DNA from: Phaeosaccion multiseriatum
Taxonomy: Eukaryota; Protista; Ochrophyta, other classes
Direction: 5' to 3'
Assembly: GCA_965112735.1 (NCBI GenBank)
Contig: OZ218959.1
Location: forward strand, 124,001-188,000
DNA length: 64,000 bases
Part shown: positions 59,983 through 64,000 of the stretch, in pieces
How positions within the stretch are numbered: position 1 is the first letter of the stretch
How the letters are laid out: each line of letters starts with the position of its first letter
Translations under genes and position numbers: made by a program
The notes under the pieces: generated by a model
Seen by the model: only the letters and a program-made list of their open reading frames with translations
What the model was told of the DNA's origin: nothing
Databases searched by the model: none

Positions 59983-62012
59983 GAGGAGGAGGGGCTGGTG
60001 CGGTGCTGGTGGTGCTGCCCGGGCTGCTGCAGACGCTGGACACGCTAGAGAGTGCCGTGGCACCGCTCCTCCAAGAACACCCTCGCCTCGTCATCCTGCT
60101 GGTGAGCGTGTGGATGCCTCCGTATGCCGCTGAATGCCTCTCTATGCCTCCATATGCCTCCATATGCTTCCGAAAGCCGCCACATGCCTCCATATACCTC
60201 CTTACGCCTCGGTTTGGCTCTTTATGCCTTCATATACCTCCCTGTCTCTCTCCCAGGTTGGGCCTCCTGGGCTACCCAACACGAACTGGCCGCGCTCAGT
60301 GGAGCTCACTCCCAGGCTGACGGCGTACTGCACCGCCGCCCTTCTCGCGCACCTTCTTGAGCAAACACCCCTAACGGAGGGGCAGCGCAAACGGGGAGAC
60401 CCCCCGACAGATCCGCTCGGAGTCGGAGCTTTTTACCAGGGTACTGCTTCTGGTGATGTGTCACCAACTGCTGCTTCTGCTGCTACTGCTGCTGCTACTG
60501 CTGCTGCTAGTCCTGGCTCCCCTTCCGCGGACAGGAGCAGCACGAGCCAAGCTGAGGCGGAGGGGACACATGTTCCAGCAACTGGTGCTGTATCACCAAC
60601 TGCTGAAGCACCAACTGGTGTGTGTCCTTTGCTGCTAATGGGATCGGGAAGCTCTGCCAACGCGCTCCTCCACTTCGCCAATGATCACCTTGCTAGCGAC
60701 AGGTAGGTACAGTAAGTCAGTAAGCACAGTAAGTCAGTAAGTGCAGTGAGTGCAGAGGGAGGGAGAGGGAGGGAGAGATAGGGATGAGGGGGGAGGGAGG
60801 GAGGGAGGGGGAGAGGGAGAGAGGTGGAGAGGGAGAAGGAGAGAGGGAGAGGGAGAGGGAGAAGGAGAGAGGGAGGGAATGAGAGAGATCACCTCGCAAC
60901 ACACCAATCAGGAAGGGAGTGTGTATGTGCGTGCGTGAGTGCGTGTGCGTGTGCGAGCGTGTAAGGAAAAACGCTTGCCAATGATCTGTAACCGTCACCT
61001 CACCCGTCCCCCCCCCCCCCGCAGAGGCTCCCCCCTGCCCTCGCTCCTCTCCGGCGGCGGCGTGAAGGTCCGGGGTCTTGTGCTCGTCAATGGATACCTC
61101 AGCCATGCCACACCCAGGGGGGCACATCCCAGGGGGGCAGATTCCAGGGGGCGCTTCTCGCAGCAGCCCGGCCTAGCCCCAAGCAATGCCCCCCATCCAG
61201 TGCCATCTGTGCTTGAGTCGTCGGTCCCTGAGGTGGTACGGGCCCTCCTCGGCCTCACCAGCATTGCTTGGGGCAGGGGCGGGGTGTCAGGACAGGGGGC
61301 AGGGGATGGCAGTGGACAGGACAGACTGCAGGGCCTGGCGGGGCTGCTCCTGAGTGAGGCTTTCCTGGACAAGAGGGGCAGGACTGAGGCGGCGCTCCTC
61401 CTCTCCTCTTCGAGGACTCGGCTCCGCTTGCAGTCCGACGAGGGGGCTGAAGTGGAGGAGGTAGAAGCATATGGGCAACAGGGGGAGCACCACAGAGCCG
61501 CTGCTGATGAGGAGGCGGGAGCAGACGTCAACAGATGGGAGGCAAGTGGCCAGGTATTTGGGCAGGAGAAGCAGCAGCCGTTGGTGAATCAGCAGACCAG
61601 CGGCCCCCCTGCCTGGCGACGGCGCCTTGACCGTTTGGCCCTTCGAGGCTGCGCTGCCTCCCTCCGAGGCACTCTGCGAAGTGTAGAGCCAAACAGTAAC
61701 GGCAGTGTGGCAGCCCACCCCCCGGGGGGGCTCCCCTCGGGACATTCCTCCGACCCCCTGGGCCTGGGCAGCAGCAGGAGGAGCGCCAAGCGTAAGAGAA
61801 GGAACCCTTCGGGACACCCCTCGGGACACCCCTCGGGACATGCCGAGGGGTGTCTGGGCGAGCTGCGCGCCTTCTTGGATGGCAGTGGATGGGAGGGGTC
61901 CCCTCCGCTGCTGCTGCTGCAGGGCACAGAGGACTGTGTCATCGCGCCCCCCCTGCCCATGCAGGTGTGTGTGTGCGTATGTGTGTGTGTAGTGTGTACG
62001 TGTGTGTGTGTG

Positions 62013-62044
<32 letters not shown>

Positions 62045-63513
62045 TTGCGTGTGCGTCTATCAGCGCCGATATGCCTCCATCCATCCCTATTGCCCGCAGC
62101 CCCCCTCCTCTTTTCAGGCTGGCACTGCTCGACACTGACACCAGGCACTGCCCCCCCCATCTCCCCCTTCCCCTTCCCCTGCAGCTGGAGGCGGTGCTTC
62201 CTGCCCGAGAGATGTCTGCAGCGCTTGCACAAACGCTGGAAGAGGCGCTGGCTCTTTCTGCCTCTACCCAGGGGGGGGCCATCCAGGGGCCCAATCAGAT
62301 GCCCCATCAGATTCACCAGCAGCAGCCGCCCAATGCTGCTTGGCCTGCCCAAGAGGGAGAGGAGTCCTTGGCAGGAGGACCAGTTGGTGATACGGCAACA
62401 GTACCTAGTGTCAGTTCCTGTCGGGCGCCTCTGCGAGTGCATGTGTCTTGGCTCAAGGCGGGGCACGACCTCAGTCTAGAGCGGCCCGCAGCAGTGCTCA
62501 GCTTCCTCCACAGGGCTCTTGCAGCTGTAGCACCAACCGCTGTACCCAGAGGGGGAGAGACAGAGCTTGTCCAAGCGGAGGGGCGGCGGGCAGAGAGGGA
62601 GGGTGGAGGTGGTGATGGTGATGGTGATGGTGAGGGTGATGGTGAGGGTGAGGATGAGGCTTCCGGGGGGAGAGGTGCTACGGACAGTGCCAGTGCTATG
62701 GACAGTGCCAGTGCTATGGACAGTGCCAGTGCTGTGGATAGTGCCAGCGCTATGGACAGTGCCAGTGCTATGGGCAGTGTCAGTGCTATGGACAGTGCCA
62801 GTGCTGTGGGCAGCCGCGAGGGGGGGGCTGCAAGGCGCGCAAATGATGGGCAGCAGCAGCAGCAACAGCAGCAGCAGGGCACCCGCCGAGAGCATCAACA
62901 AGAAGGGCAAGAGCAACAAGGAGGGCAAGAGCAACAAGGAGGGCAAGGAGAAGTGCAAGAGGGCCAAGCGCTGACAGACGAGGAGCAAGGGGCAGGTATT
63001 GGCAGCAGCAGCAGCCGCAGCAGCAAGGGGAGGGGGTCTGTGGAGCCAGGCCGTAGGGCCGTCTGCGAGGAAGAAGGGGAGGAGCAGGAGGGGGAGGAGA
63101 AGAACGGGCAAGGAAGAGGGGGAGGAGGAGAAGGAGAAGAAGGAGATGGAGCACGGAGCGGAGGGCCGAATGAACAATCGCAGACCAAGGGCAGGGGTGT
63201 CAAGGGGGCCGGGGAGGATGCAGAGAGAGGGGAGAGAGGGGGGGGCGAAGCACTCGGCGAAAGAGCAGCATCATGAGTCCAGCGGTGATGAATGAGTTCC
63301 ACACGCTGCTGGAGAGGGTGAGTGGGAAGGACGTTGGGGACAGCAAGGATGCGGTGCGCAGGCAGAGCCGGCTATTGAGCGGCCAGGGAGGGGGGGGGGG
63401 AGGGGGGGAGGGAGAGGGGGAGGGAGGGGGGCACTCCTTCGCGGCCATGCAAGAACGGATGTTGGACCTGGATACACTGGGCTTGTGCAAGTACAGCTAC
63501 CAAGTCATCAAAG
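55331..63513 (+). CDS. Large uncharacterised spliced protein with a degenerate alpha/beta-hydrolase-like C-terminal fold; 3'-partial
   Basis: Multiple GT-AG exons from MTTSSTASG. N-terminal motif MPDTVLFD..PHLWLAFS..GCLVKR. Later fold elements: VLVVLPG, LLLMGSGSSANALLHFA, VRGLVLVNG, PLLLLQGTEDCVI, WLKAGHDLSLERP. Ends at a donor site near 63514; exon boundaries approximate. Confidence 0.55.
62682..62807 (+). repeat. In-frame 18-bp coding repeat (DSASAM)x7
   Basis: gacagtgccagtgctatg units inside the last gene. Confidence 0.9.
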
Positions 63514-64000
63514 GTGAGGGGGTGAGGGAGCTCTAGTAAGTCATCAAGGGCGAGGGGGCGAGGTTCGGATAGCTCTACTAAGTCATTTAAAGGGGAGGGT
63601 TAGGTCAGAAGTCAGCAGAATAAGTCAAAAGTGCTCAAGCCATCCCTTGGGTAGCGCACTGCCCATACACCCACCGCTATCCACTGGCATCCACTGCCAT
63701 CCACTGCCATCTCTCCACCCACCCTTCTAACCCTGTGCGCTTTCTCTCTCTGTGGCCCATTTGCTGCTCCTAACACATCGAGCAACCCTTCACCCTTGAC
63801 CTTAACTCTAAACCCTTTGGGTTGGACAACCGCCCTAACGCTAACCCCTAGCGCCTGAACTTAACGAAATGTACCCTCAACGGGTAGAGCAAGCATTAAC
63901 ATAGAACTGCCCTCCCTAGCGTAGAGCAAGCATTAACGCAAAGCAACCCTCTCTAACATACACCACAACAACCCCCCTAACTTAACTTAACGTACCCTCC

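Overview
Eukaryotic, GC-rich nuclear DNA with many GT-AG introns; almost every intron carries a different simple repeat. The gene content and style suggest a flagellated protist, probably a stramenopile/ochrophyte (inference only). I reconstructed spliced genes by eye, in order: the 3' part of a Sct1/Gpt2-type glycerol-3-phosphate acyltransferase, Acl4 (TPR chaperone of Rpl4), gamma-tubulin (10 exons, one GC-AG intron), an androglobin/calpain-like protein, a chromo-shadow-only HP1-like protein, an ankyrin/coiled-coil protein, a GCP6-like gamma-tubulin complex component, a Fuseless-like membrane protein, a flavodoxin-2 NAD(P)H:quinone oxidoreductase, and a large alpha/beta-hydrolase-like gene running off the right end. 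Among these sit intronless repeat-protein genes with hypervariable binding-surface codons. One is an FNIP-repeat gene inside a 3.57-kb segment bracketed by 36-bp direct repeats and holding nested MITEs. The others are two inverted ankyrin+BTB-like paralogs plus a decayed third relative. A 17-mer, GCTGTATCACCAACTGC (a 9-nt core interrupting CAG tracts), recurs about 20 times on both strands in exons, introns and UTRs. No database searches were run; all family calls come from recognising motifs.
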